From: Nitrospinota bacterium
Lineage (GTDB): Bacteria; UBA8248
Direction of reading: 5' to 3'
Assembly (NCBI GenBank): GCA_030754595.1
Contig: JASLZZ010000127.1
Span: 1 to 38,286, forward strand
DNA: 38,286 nucleotides
The number at the start of each line of letters is the position of its first letter. Positions within the stretch are counted from its first letter, which is position 1. This document shows positions 27,014 to 36,837 of the stretch, one piece after another. The translations under genes were made by a program, and so were the position numbers. The notes under the pieces were generated by a model, which was given only the letters and a program-made list of their open reading frames with translations, did no database searches and had not been told where the DNA came from.

Positions 27014-28636
27014 ATGGCAAGCTGGAAGATGAAGTCCATCCTCGCGCTCACGCTGGCACTCGCCCTGGCCGTCTGGACATTTGGTCCCCGGCCCGCCGAG
27101 GCGGTCAAGCGCGGTGGGATTCTGAAGTTAGTCGTGGGCAGCAAGATTCCCTCCTACGACGGCCATAGGGAAACGACCTTTGGCATCATTCACCCGCTCC
27201 GGCCGTTCTACAGCCTGCTGATCCGGGTGAATCCGGACAATCCGCAATCGCCGACGGATTTTATTTGCGACGCGTGCGCGGGCAAGGTTCCCAAGCCCAC
27301 CGATGGGGGCACGAAGTACACTTTCAAGATCCGCGACGACATCTGGTTCCACAACGGGGTGAAGCTTACCTCGGCGGATGTCAAGGCAACCTACGACAAG
27401 ATCATCTTCCCTCCGAAAGGGGTCCCGAGCGCCCGGAAAGCGTTTTTCACAAGCGTGAAATCCGTCACGGCGCCGGACTCGAAAACCATCGTCTTCAAGC
27501 TGAAGTACGCGTCGGGCGCCTTCATCCCGGCCCTCGCCAACCCGTTCAACTGGATCTACTCCAAGGCGGACCTGGATAAGCACGGAACCAATTGGCACAA
27601 GAAAAATATCAACGGCTCGGGCGCCTTCCGCTTCGTCCAGCATAAGCCGGGAGCTTTTGTCGAGGGCAAGCGCTACGAGAAATACCACCTCAAGGGAAAG
27701 CCCTACCTGGACGGTTACCGGGCGATCTCGGCCCCGAAGATGGCTCTCAGGATGCAGGCCATCCGCGGAAACCGGGCTTACATCGAATTTCGAGGCTTCC
27801 CGCCCAAGGCGCGCGACGACCTCAAGAAAGCCCTGGGCGACAAGCTCCGGGTCCAGGAGAGCGACTGGAACTGCAACCTGCTGTTCACCCCGAACAATAA
27901 GCGCGCGCCTTTCACCGATAAGCGTGTCCGCCGGGCATTGACCCTGGCCGTTGACCGCTGGGGCGGCTCGAAGTATCTCTCCCGGATCGCCATCGTGAGG
28001 GGGGTCGGCGGCATGGTATTCCCGAAGCACCCGCTGGCCGCGACCAATGAAGAGCTTAAAAAAATCGCCGGCTACTGGCCGGACATCAAGAAATCCCGCA
28101 AGGAAGCCAAGCGTCTTCTCAAGGAAGCGGGCGTGAACCTGAACAAAACCTACATCTTCAGCAACCGCGGCGTGGACCAGCCCTACCGGGTCGTGGGCAC
28201 CTGGCTCATCGATCAGTGGCGGAGCGTCGGCCTCAAGTTCAAGCAGGAGGTCAAGCCGTCTCCCGCCTTCTACGCTTCGCTGCGGAAGAAGCACGACTGG
28301 GACGTGAGCATGGACTTCAACTGCCAGTCGGTCATCAACCCCCTTGCCGATGTCTCGAAGTTCCTCTCGGACGACGTCTCGGGGAACCAGTATGGGCAGT
28401 ACCAGAACCGCAAGCTCGACAAGTTGTTCGACCAGATGAACCGGGCATCGGATGTCGCCAAGCAGCGCGCGTTCATGCGTGAGTACGAAAAGGAAGCGCT
28501 GGAAACCTCGGCTCACCAGTTCATCACGCTCTGGTGGTTCAAGATCAACCCGCACCGCAGCTTCGTGAAGGGCTGGAAGATCGCGCCGAGCCACTATCTG
28601 AATCAGTCTCTCGATCAGATTTGGCTGGATAGATAG
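27014..28636 (+). CDS. ABC transporter substrate-binding protein, family 5 (OppA/DppA-like)
   Basis: RBS AGGAGG and a signal peptide ending AEA. KRGGIL, YTFKIR..FHNG..LTSADVKAT, GSGAF and PFTDKRVRRAL motifs. Confidence 0.93.
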   Translation: MASWKMKSILALTLALALAVWTFGPRPAEAVKRGGILKLVVGSKIPSYDGHRETTFGIIHPLRPFYSLLIRVNPDNPQSPTDFICDACAGKVPKPTDGGTKYTFKIRDDIWFHNGVKLTSADVKATYDKIIFPPKGVPSARKAFFTSVKSVTAPDSKTIVFKLKYASGAFIPALANPFNWIYSKADLDKHGTNWHKKNINGSGAFRFVQHKPGAFVEGKRYEKYHLKGKPYLDGYRAISAPKMALRMQAIRGNRAYIEFRGFPPKARDDLKKALGDKLRVQESDWNCNLLFTPNNKRAPFTDKRVRRALTLAVDRWGGSKYLSRIAIVRGVGGMVFPKHPLAATNEELKKIAGYWPDIKKSRKEAKRLLKEAGVNLNKTYIFSNRGVDQPYRVVGTWLIDQWRSVGLKFKQEVKPSPAFYASLRKKHDWDVSMDFNCQSVINPLADVSKFLSDDVSGNQYGQYQNRKLDKLFDQMNRASDVAKQRAFMREYEKEALETSAHQFITLWWFKINPHRSFVKGWKIAPSHYLNQSLDQIWLDR

Positions 28637-28657
28637 CAACGGTTGGTTTTGAGTCTT

Positions 28658-28692
28658 TTCCCGCCCGCCGCGATCAACGCGGCGGGCGGGAA
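28658..28692. terminator. 15-bp perfect hairpin after the SBP gene (partial terminator or mRNA stabiliser)
   Basis: TTCCCGCCCGCCGCG-ATCAA-CGCGGCGGGCGGGAA, followed by GCTTT. Confidence 0.7.
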
Positions 28693-28709
28693 GCTTTCGG
28701 AGTTTTAGG

Positions 28710-29693
28710 GTGTCTAAGTACATCTTTAAAAGAATCCTGCTGATGATCCCGACCCTGGTCGGAGCGGCTGTGATCGTCTTCTTTTTGCTCAGGGCGATCC
28801 CCGGCGACGTGTGCGTGCTTAAAATGGCCGGAACGGGCATGTACGCGGATCCCGAAGCGATCAGAATCTGTCAACAAGAGCTTGGGATCGATAAGCCCCT
28901 GATTCTGGGCATCGATACCCAATTCGTGGATTTTGTCTGGGGGTTTGCGACGTTTAATCTGGGCGAGTCGATGTGGACCGGAAAATCCATTTCCGGGGAG
29001 ATCGGCCTCAGGTTCCAGCTTTCACTCCAGGTGGCCATCATGGCGACGCTGACAGCCACTGTTTTCGCCATACCGCTCGGCACGATCTCGGCGATCAAGC
29101 AGGACACCTGGATCGACTACATCGTTCGCACCTTCAGTATATCGGGCATCGCCATGCCCTCGTTCTGGCTCGGAATCATGATCATCCTGGGCCTCTTGAT
29201 CATCACCAATAAAATCACCGGCGAGCCCTGGATGCCGCCCATCGAGTACACGCCGTTTTGGGTGGACCCGTGGGCGAACATGAGCCAGCTCGTATGGCCG
29301 GCGGTGGCGACTGGTTTCAGGTATTCCGCCGTGGCCACGCGGATGACGCGCTCGGCGCTTCTGGAGGTGCTTCGAGAGGACTACGTGCGGACGGCGCGGG
29401 CCAAGGGGCTCCTGGAGAAGCTCATCATCAACCGCCATGCGCTCAAGAACTCGCTTCTACCGGTGACCACCGTCATCGGGCTCGAATTCGCTTTTCTCAT
29501 GGGCGGGCTCGTTGTCACCGAACAGGTCTTCAACCTGAACGGGCTGGGCAAGCTCTTCGTCGAATCGGTGCTCGCTTCCGACTATACAATGACGCAGTCG
29601 CTCGTCATGTTGGTGGCGGTTGTTTTCATTTTGACAAATTTCGTGATTGATATTCTGTATGCTTGGCTCGATCCGCGGATTCGCTACAGTTAA
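28710..29693 (+). CDS. oppB: Peptide ABC transporter permease (OppB/DppB)
   Basis: YIFKRILLMIPTL, PSFWLG, EAA loop EDYVRTARAKGL, HALKNSLLP and YAWLDPRIRY. GTG start. Confidence 0.95.
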   Translation: MSKYIFKRILLMIPTLVGAAVIVFFLLRAIPGDVCVLKMAGTGMYADPEAIRICQQELGIDKPLILGIDTQFVDFVWGFATFNLGESMWTGKSISGEIGLRFQLSLQVAIMATLTATVFAIPLGTISAIKQDTWIDYIVRTFSISGIAMPSFWLGIMIILGLLIITNKITGEPWMPPIEYTPFWVDPWANMSQLVWPAVATGFRYSAVATRMTRSALLEVLREDYVRTARAKGLLEKLIINRHALKNSLLPVTTVIGLEFAFLMGGLVVTEQVFNLNGLGKLFVESVLASDYTMTQSLVMLVAVVFILTNFVIDILYAWLDPRIRYS

Positions 29694-29705
29694 GGAAAAT
29701 ATCCG

Positions 29706-30602
29706 ATGGCCGTTTCGGAAGTCGCCGCAGAGGGAATTGTCTTAGAGGACTCCCGCGATACATTCGGGCAAAAGGTCTGGGATTTGGTGCGCCGCAAACC
29801 CCTCGGCGCGGCGGGGGCGTTCGTCGTCCTGTTCTTATTGGTCATTGCCCTGCTTGCCGATTTCATTACGGTGTACGACCCGGTGAAAAACTCGTATGAC
29901 TCGATGCATGTCCCGCCGAACGCGGAGCATTGGATGGGTACGGATCAGTTCGGACGCGACATTTTAACGAGAATTATTTATGGGGCGAGGACCGCCCTTT
30001 TGGTCGGATTCGTGGCGTCTTTTATCGGATCGACCCTGGGCCTGATGCTCGGCGTGACGAGCGCTTACTTTGGAGGGCGTTTCGACCTGATTTTCCAGCG
30101 GATCATGGATATCTTCATGTCCTTCCCGCTGATCATCATGGCGCTCGCCGTGGTCTCTATCATGGGCACCGGAACCGACAAGGTGATCTTCGCCATCATG
30201 ATTCCCTTCATCCCCCGGTGCGCCCGCGTCGTCCGGGCCAGCGCGCTGGCGGTGCGCGAGATTCCCTATGTGGACGCCGCCCGAACGCTGGGTTTCAACC
30301 ACAAGCGGATCATCCTCCGTCACATGGTGCCCAACGTGATGGCTCCCTATCTCATCATGCTGACCTCGTTCATGGGCCAGGCCATCCTGCTCGAGGCCTC
30401 GCTTTCCTATCTGGGCCTTGGGGTTCAGGAACCCACGCCCGCCTGGGGGTTGATGCTCCAGGGCGGGGCCGAGGAGTACGCCGAGAGCGCCCCCTGGATC
30501 CCCATCTTCCCGGGTCTGGCGATAACGATCGGCGTATTCGCTTTCAACCTGCTCGGGGACGCGGTGCGCGACACCCTCGATCCGAGGCTTCGCTCGCAAT
30601 AA
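29706..30602 (+). CDS. oppC: Peptide ABC transporter permease (OppC/DppC)
   Basis: HWMGTDQFGRD, YVDAARTLG, RHMVPNV, EASLSYLGLG and FNLLGDAVRDTLDP motifs. Confidence 0.95.
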   Translation: MAVSEVAAEGIVLEDSRDTFGQKVWDLVRRKPLGAAGAFVVLFLLVIALLADFITVYDPVKNSYDSMHVPPNAEHWMGTDQFGRDILTRIIYGARTALLVGFVASFIGSTLGLMLGVTSAYFGGRFDLIFQRIMDIFMSFPLIIMALAVVSIMGTGTDKVIFAIMIPFIPRCARVVRASALAVREIPYVDAARTLGFNHKRIILRHMVPNVMAPYLIMLTSFMGQAILLEASLSYLGLGVQEPTPAWGLMLQGGAEEYAESAPWIPIFPGLAITIGVFAFNLLGDAVRDTLDPRLRSQ

Positions 30603-30634
30603 TCTCCTCCGATCCGAGGCATCGTTCGCAATAA
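30578..30634. repeat. 25-bp direct repeat duplicating the oppC 3' end including its stop
   Basis: cgatccgaggcttcgctcgcaataa (30578-30602) vs cgatccgaggcatcgttcgcaataa (30610-30634), 23/25 identical. Confidence 0.85.
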
Positions 30635-30763
30635 CCCTTTCGAAAATGCCGAAATAGATTTACTTCAAGGAAAGGTTCGGCCGCGAGCCGGTCCTCCGGA
30701 TGACCGCGTCCGGTGGCCGCGCCCTGAGAGCCGCCGTGCCCGGGGAGGGCGGAAAGCGCTCGC

Positions 30764-31628
30764 TTATTCCGCGGGCAGGTATTTGGACTCAATCTCCCGG
30801 AGGGCGCCGTAGCCGGCCAGATCGAACCTCTGGGGGTAGGTGAGCATTCGCTCCTCGAGAGAGCCGAGCGAGCCCGTCTCCCTCAAAATTTTCACGGCCT
30901 CGCGCATCGCGAACGCCGAGACTCTTTGCATTTCGCCGGGATAGACGGCGATCTTGAAACCCATCGCATCGAGTTTGGACTGGGGCATCTCCTCCGCTCC
31001 CCACGCGACGACCAGAAGGCAAGGCGCATCCACCTCAGTGGGAATTCGGGCCAATACGGCCTCGCCGCCGGGTCCGGTGACAAGAAGGATGTCCACCCCG
31101 GCCTCCCGGTAGGCGCGGCACCTGTGAATGGCCTCGTCGATTCCTGAGCTTTCGGCTGCGTCCGTGCGCGCGACGATGGCGAAATCGGGATCGCGTCTCG
31201 CCTCTCGGGCGGCGGCTATCTTCAGGCACATCTCCTCGGCGCCGATCACCTCGCGCCCCGACAGGTGGCTGCATTTTTTCGGGCTGATTTGATCCTCGAG
31301 GTGGACCCCCGAGGCCCCCGCGCGCTCGAACTCGCGAACCGTCCGCTGGACGTTGATCGCGTTTCCGTAGCCGATATCGGCGTCGGCGATGAGGGGGCAG
31401 GAAACGGCCGAAGTGATTCGCCGGCAGGCCTCGGCCATTTCGGTCAGGGTCAAAAGGCCGACATCGGGGAGCCCGTGGGTGCCCAGCGAGACGCCGGACC
31501 CCGTCATGTAGAATTTCGAAGCTCGCCTCGGCGGTGGTCTGGGCCGAAATTCCGTCCCATACGCCCGGAGAGGGGATCAGGCCGGGAGCGGCCAGCATTT
31601 CTATGAGACGGGCGGCGCGAGATTTCAT
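30764..31628 (-). pseudogene. Isocitrate lyase/PEP mutase family lyase (PrpB/2,3-dimethylmalate lyase-like), frameshifted
   Basis: PGVWDGISA lies in the first frame; MTGSGVS..GLPDVG, IADADIGYG, HLEDQ and VARTDA lie in a second frame. The shift is at ~31511 (GAA ATT C TAC ATG). The catalytic loop reads KKCSH rather than K(K/R)CGH. Confidence 0.85.
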
Positions 31629-31630
31629 GT

Positions 31631-32155
31631 TCAGTTTCCTCCCCGGGCGGCTTTTCGGGCCGCGATGATTTTTTTTCCGTGAGCGACGAGCCCGCCCGCG
31701 TCGATAATCTCCATCAGGAAATCCGGCAGGGGCGGGAATGAGAAAGTATCGCCGCCGGCGGTTATTTCACCGCCCCGGACGTTGACGGCGACCTCGGCCC
31801 CGTCGCGGATGGCATCCGCCGCCTCGGGGCAGGTAATGAGAAGAAGGCCGTGGTTTACGCTGTTGCGGAAAAAAATGCGGGCGAACGATTTCGCGATGAC
31901 GGCGGGAACGCCGGCGGCCCGGATAGCGCCGGCGGCCTGCTCTCTCGAGGAGCCGCAACCGAAATTCTCTCCGGCGGCGATGATATTTCCGGGCCGAACG
32001 CGGCCGGCCACCGCCTCCCCCAGCCCTTCGAAAAGGTGTTTTTTCATTTCCCCGGGCTCGTATATCAAAATGTATTTTCCCGGATAGATAACATCGGTGT
32101 TGATGTCGTTGCCCAGCTTCAGGGCGGGACCCGAGAATTTTGTTGCCGCCGCCAT
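31631..32155 (-). CDS. Aconitase-family small subunit (LeuD/HacB/DmdB-like)
   Basis: DINTDVIYPG, GENFGCGSSREQA and AKSFARIFFRNSVNHGL motifs. ATG32155 follows CAGGAG. Confidence 0.92.
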   Translation of the reverse strand: MAAATKFSGPALKLGNDINTDVIYPGKYILIYEPGEMKKHLFEGLGEAVAGRVRPGNIIAAGENFGCGSSREQAAGAIRAAGVPAVIAKSFARIFFRNSVNHGLLLITCPEAADAIRDGAEVAVNVRGGEITAGGDTFSFPPLPDFLMEIIDAGGLVAHGKKIIAARKAARGGN

Positions 32156-32163
32156 TTCCGTCT

Positions 32164-32191
32164 CCTGATTCAACGTCCCTGACTCAACGCC
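32164..32191. repeat. 14-bp tandem duplication covering the large-subunit stop codon
   Basis: cctgattcaacgtc / cctgactcaacgcc, 12/14 identical. Confidence 0.6.
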
Positions 32192-33446
32192 CCCGGAGCA
32201 GGGGCCTCGGATCGGCGATAGCGCCCTTGACCGCCGATGCGGCCACCGTGGCCGGGCTGGCGAGATAGACCTCGGCGCCGGGATTGCCCATGCGGCCCTT
32301 GAAATTCCGGTTCGACGAGGAAATGCACACTTCCCCGTCCGCGAGGATGCCTTGGCTCCCGCCAAAGCAGGCGCCGCAGCCGGGATTGAGAATCATGGCG
32401 CCCGCCTCGAGGAGCGTCCGGATATAGCCCTTTCGGTCGGCCTCGAGGTACTCGTGGCGCGAGGCGGGCCCCGCGAGGAGGCGCACGCCCGGATGTATCT
32501 TTCTCTCCTTAAGGATTCTTGCCGCCTCGCCGAAGTCGTCGCTTCGCCCGTTCGTGCACGAGCCGAGAAAAGCCTGATGAACGGGGCCCCCCGCCACCTC
32601 CGAGACCGGCTTTACATTGTCCACGGTGTGCGGACAAGAAATCATCGGCCCCAGGCGGCTGACGTCGAACTCATGCTCGGTTTCGTAGCGGGCGCCCGGG
32701 TCGGGCGCGACCGGGTGGAATTTTTTCTTCGCCCTTCCCTTTAAATATCGCTCGGTCGTCTTGTCGAAGGGCATGATGCCGGTTTTCGCGCCCATCTCGA
32801 CGGCCATGTTCGTGAACGAAAAGCGCTCTGACACCGATAGGCGGGAGATGAGTCCGCCCGAGAATTCGATGGATTTATAGGTGCATCCCCGGGAGGTCAC
32901 CTTTCCGATGATGTGAAGTATGGCGTCCTTGGCGTACACCCCCCGGCGGAGAGCGCCGTTCACATGAATCCGGACGCTTTCGGGAACCCTGAGCCAGACG
33001 CTGCCGACCGCCCAAAGGTAAGCCACCTCGGTCAACCCGAACGGAAGGGAAACGGCGTTCATCGCGCCGTGAGAAGTGTTGTGTGAGTCGCGCCCCATGA
33101 TGAGCTGGCCGGGGAGGGCGTGGCCGTTTTCCATGAAAACCTGGTGGCATATCCCCTCGGCGACATCGTAGAAATGCCTCAGATTTTTCTCCTCGGCAAA
33201 GAGGCGCAGGGCGCGGTGCATGTTCGCCGTCCGGGGGGATTCGGCCGGGGACCAATGGTCCACGGTCACGACGATTTTCTCTTTGCCGACGGGCTCCTCG
33301 GCCCCCATCTCGCGCATTTTTACCAGGGTTGTTTCGCTAAGGGAGCTTTGAATGACGTCGGGGGTGGCGTCGATGATCTCGCCGGGCTCGACCGCTTTCA
33401 GGCCCGCCGCCCGCGCCAAGATTTTCTCGGCAATGGTTTTCGCCAC
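32184..33446 (-). CDS. Aconitase-family [4Fe-4S] large subunit (LeuC/HacA/DmdA-like)
   Basis: KTIAEKIL, DH, GICHQV, DSH, NMAVEMGAK, GSCTNGR, PGCGACFG, SNRNFKGRMG and YLASPATVAASA. Likely GTG start at 33446. Confidence 0.92.
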   Translation of the reverse strand: MAKTIAEKILARAAGLKAVEPGEIIDATPDVIQSSLSETTLVKMREMGAEEPVGKEKIVVTVDHWSPAESPRTANMHRALRLFAEEKNLRHFYDVAEGICHQVFMENGHALPGQLIMGRDSHNTSHGAMNAVSLPFGLTEVAYLWAVGSVWLRVPESVRIHVNGALRRGVYAKDAILHIIGKVTSRGCTYKSIEFSGGLISRLSVSERFSFTNMAVEMGAKTGIMPFDKTTERYLKGRAKKKFHPVAPDPGARYETEHEFDVSRLGPMISCPHTVDNVKPVSEVAGGPVHQAFLGSCTNGRSDDFGEAARILKERKIHPGVRLLAGPASRHEYLEADRKGYIRTLLEAGAMILNPGCGACFGGSQGILADGEVCISSSNRNFKGRMGNPGAEVYLASPATVAASAVKGAIADPRPLLRGR

Positions 33447-33889
33447 AAAAAGCCCGCCAGAAAGAGAATTCGAATCCACCGAGTATGCCAACAGGATGGT
33501 TCGCCGGCAACGGAGCGGACGAAAGGGCGGATTCGGGCCGTTTGCACCAAAAACGGAAAAACGGAATGATCCAGGCTAATTACGGTTTGTAATTCAAGCG
33601 GTTAACCTTTCTCTTCCGCCCGGCGATGAAGAATGCCCGGTTTAAGACGCCGCGAATGGAGGATTTCGGCCCGGTTTGAGCGCAGAGGGAAATAATTGTG
33701 GAAAAAGCCATTTCTTGTATCAGAGCAAGTCTGTAAGTAGGCCTGAATTTTTCTTTAAAGACTAAATTTTGGTTACGCTCACAAATCAAAGAAGCAATGA
33801 AATTCGTAAAGAATTGTTAACTGCAAACTAGAATGAATTAAGCGTACCTATTCCTCAGTCAGGCTCTACTTCCCTTGAGGGAGGTTGTC

Positions 33890-36755
33890 ATGGACCTCAT
33901 AAGCGCTGTCCTTGTTCTCCAGTGGAAAGTCTTGCTTTATCCCGATAGTTATGATCGCCGTGGGTGGTCTAATCATTTTTTGGGAATTTTTCTCAAAATT
34001 GCTGTTACCAAGCCCTATTCAAAAGGCGGAACGGTTAGTCTCAAAAGCAACGAATTTAAGCTTATCTGGCGACAACAATGCGGCCGAGACCTTATATCTT
34101 TTGGCGCTGGAAATTCAGGAGAAAGAATTAGGTCCGGAACATGATGGCGTCCTTGAAGTATTGGGGGTCTTGTTTAATTTCTATATGATCGAGGATCGAT
34201 TCGAGGAGGTGGAATCCGTCGTCCGCCGTTATCTCGCCATTTACGAAAATTCCCAAGGCCCCAATTCTATCCAAGTTGGAATATCTCTCGACAACCTTGG
34301 ATTTGCTCTCCATTCTCAGGAAAGGTTTGATGAAGCTGAGGCCATAAAGCGGAGAGCCATCTCAATATTAGAAACTACACTTGGTTTCCTTCATCCCATC
34401 ACCGTCGATAGCATTCAAGTTCTGGCGACTATCTTCACGGACCAAGGTAGCTACAAAGAAGCCGAATCGTTCTTCCGCCGCGTTCAAGCCACCCTCCTGG
34501 ACGCTATGGGTCCAAATAGCTGTAAGGCGGCTGAATTTTCCGAGGAATACGCCAAACTTCTTCGCCGGACCGGTCGCGTTATAGAAGCGGAGAAGATGGA
34601 AGAAGAGGCATTAGCAGTACTGTCCAAAGACCTAGAGAAAAGTTCAAAAACAATTTTCTATCTTGGAAATTTCCATATCGGGAGAGAGCCCCGAGAGGAC
34701 GATATATTCGATCTTGAGTGGCAAACCACCATGGATGCCTCTATCGAGGCATGGAACCAGGGTGAATACAAGGCCGCCGAGGATGGATTCCTCTCCGCCA
34801 TCCGTATGATGAAATCATCACCGCCGGGGGGGATGAGAGCAGCAGAGAGCCAATTAATTATGGCGGGCTTATATCACGAGCAGGGACGTGTTTCGGAAGC
34901 GCGGTCCCTCTATGAGAGATCGATGGCCATCCGAGAAAGAATCCTGGGATCCGAGGACCCCTATTTGGCGTTTCCTTTGAACAGCCTGGGAAATCTTTGC
35001 CTGGAGCAGGAGCTCAATGACGAAGCCGAGTCTTTTTATAGGAGAGTGCTTGAGATTCGGGAAACAGTTCTAGGGCCCGGGCATCCCGACGTAGCCATAT
35101 CTCTGAATAACTTGGCAAGGGTTTGTCAAATTCAACAGAAATTTGTCGAGGCGGAACAATACTTTAAGCGGGCGCTGGCGATATTTGAGAAATCACCCGA
35201 GCCCGAAACTACACTGGCCATCGGGTTCGACAATCTGGCCGCTTTATATGCGCAACAGGAAATGTTTGAAGAAGCGGAGGAGCTCTACAAGCGGGCGATG
35301 GCCATTTTCGAGGAGGGGGGCGAGTTGGAAAATCCGGGGCTGTTGGCCAACCTGGACATCCAGACAGCGTTCCATGAAATCCATGGCAGACTCAATGAGG
35401 CGGAATCCCATTGCAAAAGGGCCTTGAATATTCGGGAAAAATACCTCGGCTCTGAGCATCCTTATTTGGCCGGTAATATTCACTACTTGGGCAAACTATT
35501 AACTGCGGGGGAAAAGTACTCCGAAGCGGAGTCCTGTTGCCGCCGGGAGCTGGAAATTCGAGAGAAAGCGCATGGGCCAGATGACTTCGAAGTGACGGCA
35601 TGCTTGGACAACTTGGGGATGATCTGCACCCAACAGAGTAAATACAATGAGGCAGAGCCGTTTTTGCGGAAATCGCTTTCGATCAGGGAAAGGACAGTAG
35701 GGGCGGGTCATCCCGATAATGTCTATACCATGGAGCGCCTTGCTGAGATTTTTGAAGCATTGGGGAGGTTGGATGACGCCCGTGCCTATACCGAGAGGGC
35801 ACAAACCTTACGGGTCAAACTGGAAAAAGCCGAGAAGGAGCCACCACCCGAGATTTTCGATGAGCCGGAGGACGCCGGGAAACTGCCTCAGGACTTAAGC
35901 CCGCCTCTCAAGCAGGGCATTAACGATGAATGGGTTACGGGGCTGGAAGGACGTGAACGTTCATTCGTTCCACCCGAAATCCGCCTCCGGATGATGATCC
36001 AGCGGGCATCCATGTTTTCCGCCAAGATGCCCCCTAAGAAATCCATGTTTCCCTCCAAAAAGTATCTCCTGTGGTTATTCATTCTCCTTTTTGGCGTTGG
36101 AGTTATCTTGGTTGCGAATAGGATTTGGTGGCAACCAACTATATCGGAAGTGAAGATAAAGGAGGCCAAAGAACTTGAAGGAGATTCAATTCGCTTCCTC
36201 AAGAAAAACCGGACAGTAGCTGCAACTACCTTGCTCCTGGACGCACTTGCTATCCTCGAAAAAGAGGTGGGAGACAACCATCCTAGGCTTGTCGGGACAG
36301 TGTACACACTGGCCTCTGTTCGAAGGGCTCAAAGAAATTTCCCTGAAGCAGAAGGGGTTTACCAACGGATATTGACCATCCAGGAGAAAGCATTCGGGAA
36401 AGATCATCTTAGCGTCGCAAAAACCCTCTACGAGATGGTGCCAGTCTATATTCTCCAGCGAAAATATGCCGAGGCGGTGGCTCTTCTCAAAAGAGCACAA
36501 GCCGTATTCGAGAAAAATCTGGGGCCTGCTCACATTCGAATCGTTCAAGTCTTAAACAGACTGGCATTTGTCTATCAGGCTGGTGGGAAGTGGACAGAGG
36601 CTGCAGCCGTCAAAGAAAAAGCACAGATCATGCGGAAAAGGCTTGGGGGGGGGGGAGAAAGTAGGAGAGAATCACTATATCCGCACGGGCAGACGTTGAT
36701 ACGATACAACCAGGTTATCCGGGAACTATCGGATAAAGGGAGGCATCGAACATGA
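33890..36755 (+). CDS. Large tetratricopeptide-repeat protein (kinesin-light-chain-type TPRs) with two TM segments and a probable frameshift near the start
   Basis: Many 'LGPxHPxVAxSLNNLA...AE..Y.RAL.I.E' repeats. Hydrophobic segments occur at the N-terminus and at KYLLWLFILLFGVGVILVANRIWW. ATG33890 has RBS GGGAGG but joins the long frame (33912..36755) only via a shift at ~33936-33938. Confidence 0.85.
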
Positions 36756-36837
36756 GCGATTTGGCGTTAAAGGAATGCGTCCCCTTTGAGTGTATTCACC
36801 TCCTTCCGGCGAACATAAATCCGGCGGATTCAGGTCC

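Noticed and set aside
10566..28840. Long antisense or alternative-frame ORFs (e.g. 10566..12281, 14328..16652, 22503..23771, 27128..28840, and 8575..9645 just upstream)
   Set aside because: They are shadows of well-supported genes in high-GC DNA and show no recognisable motifs or RBS.
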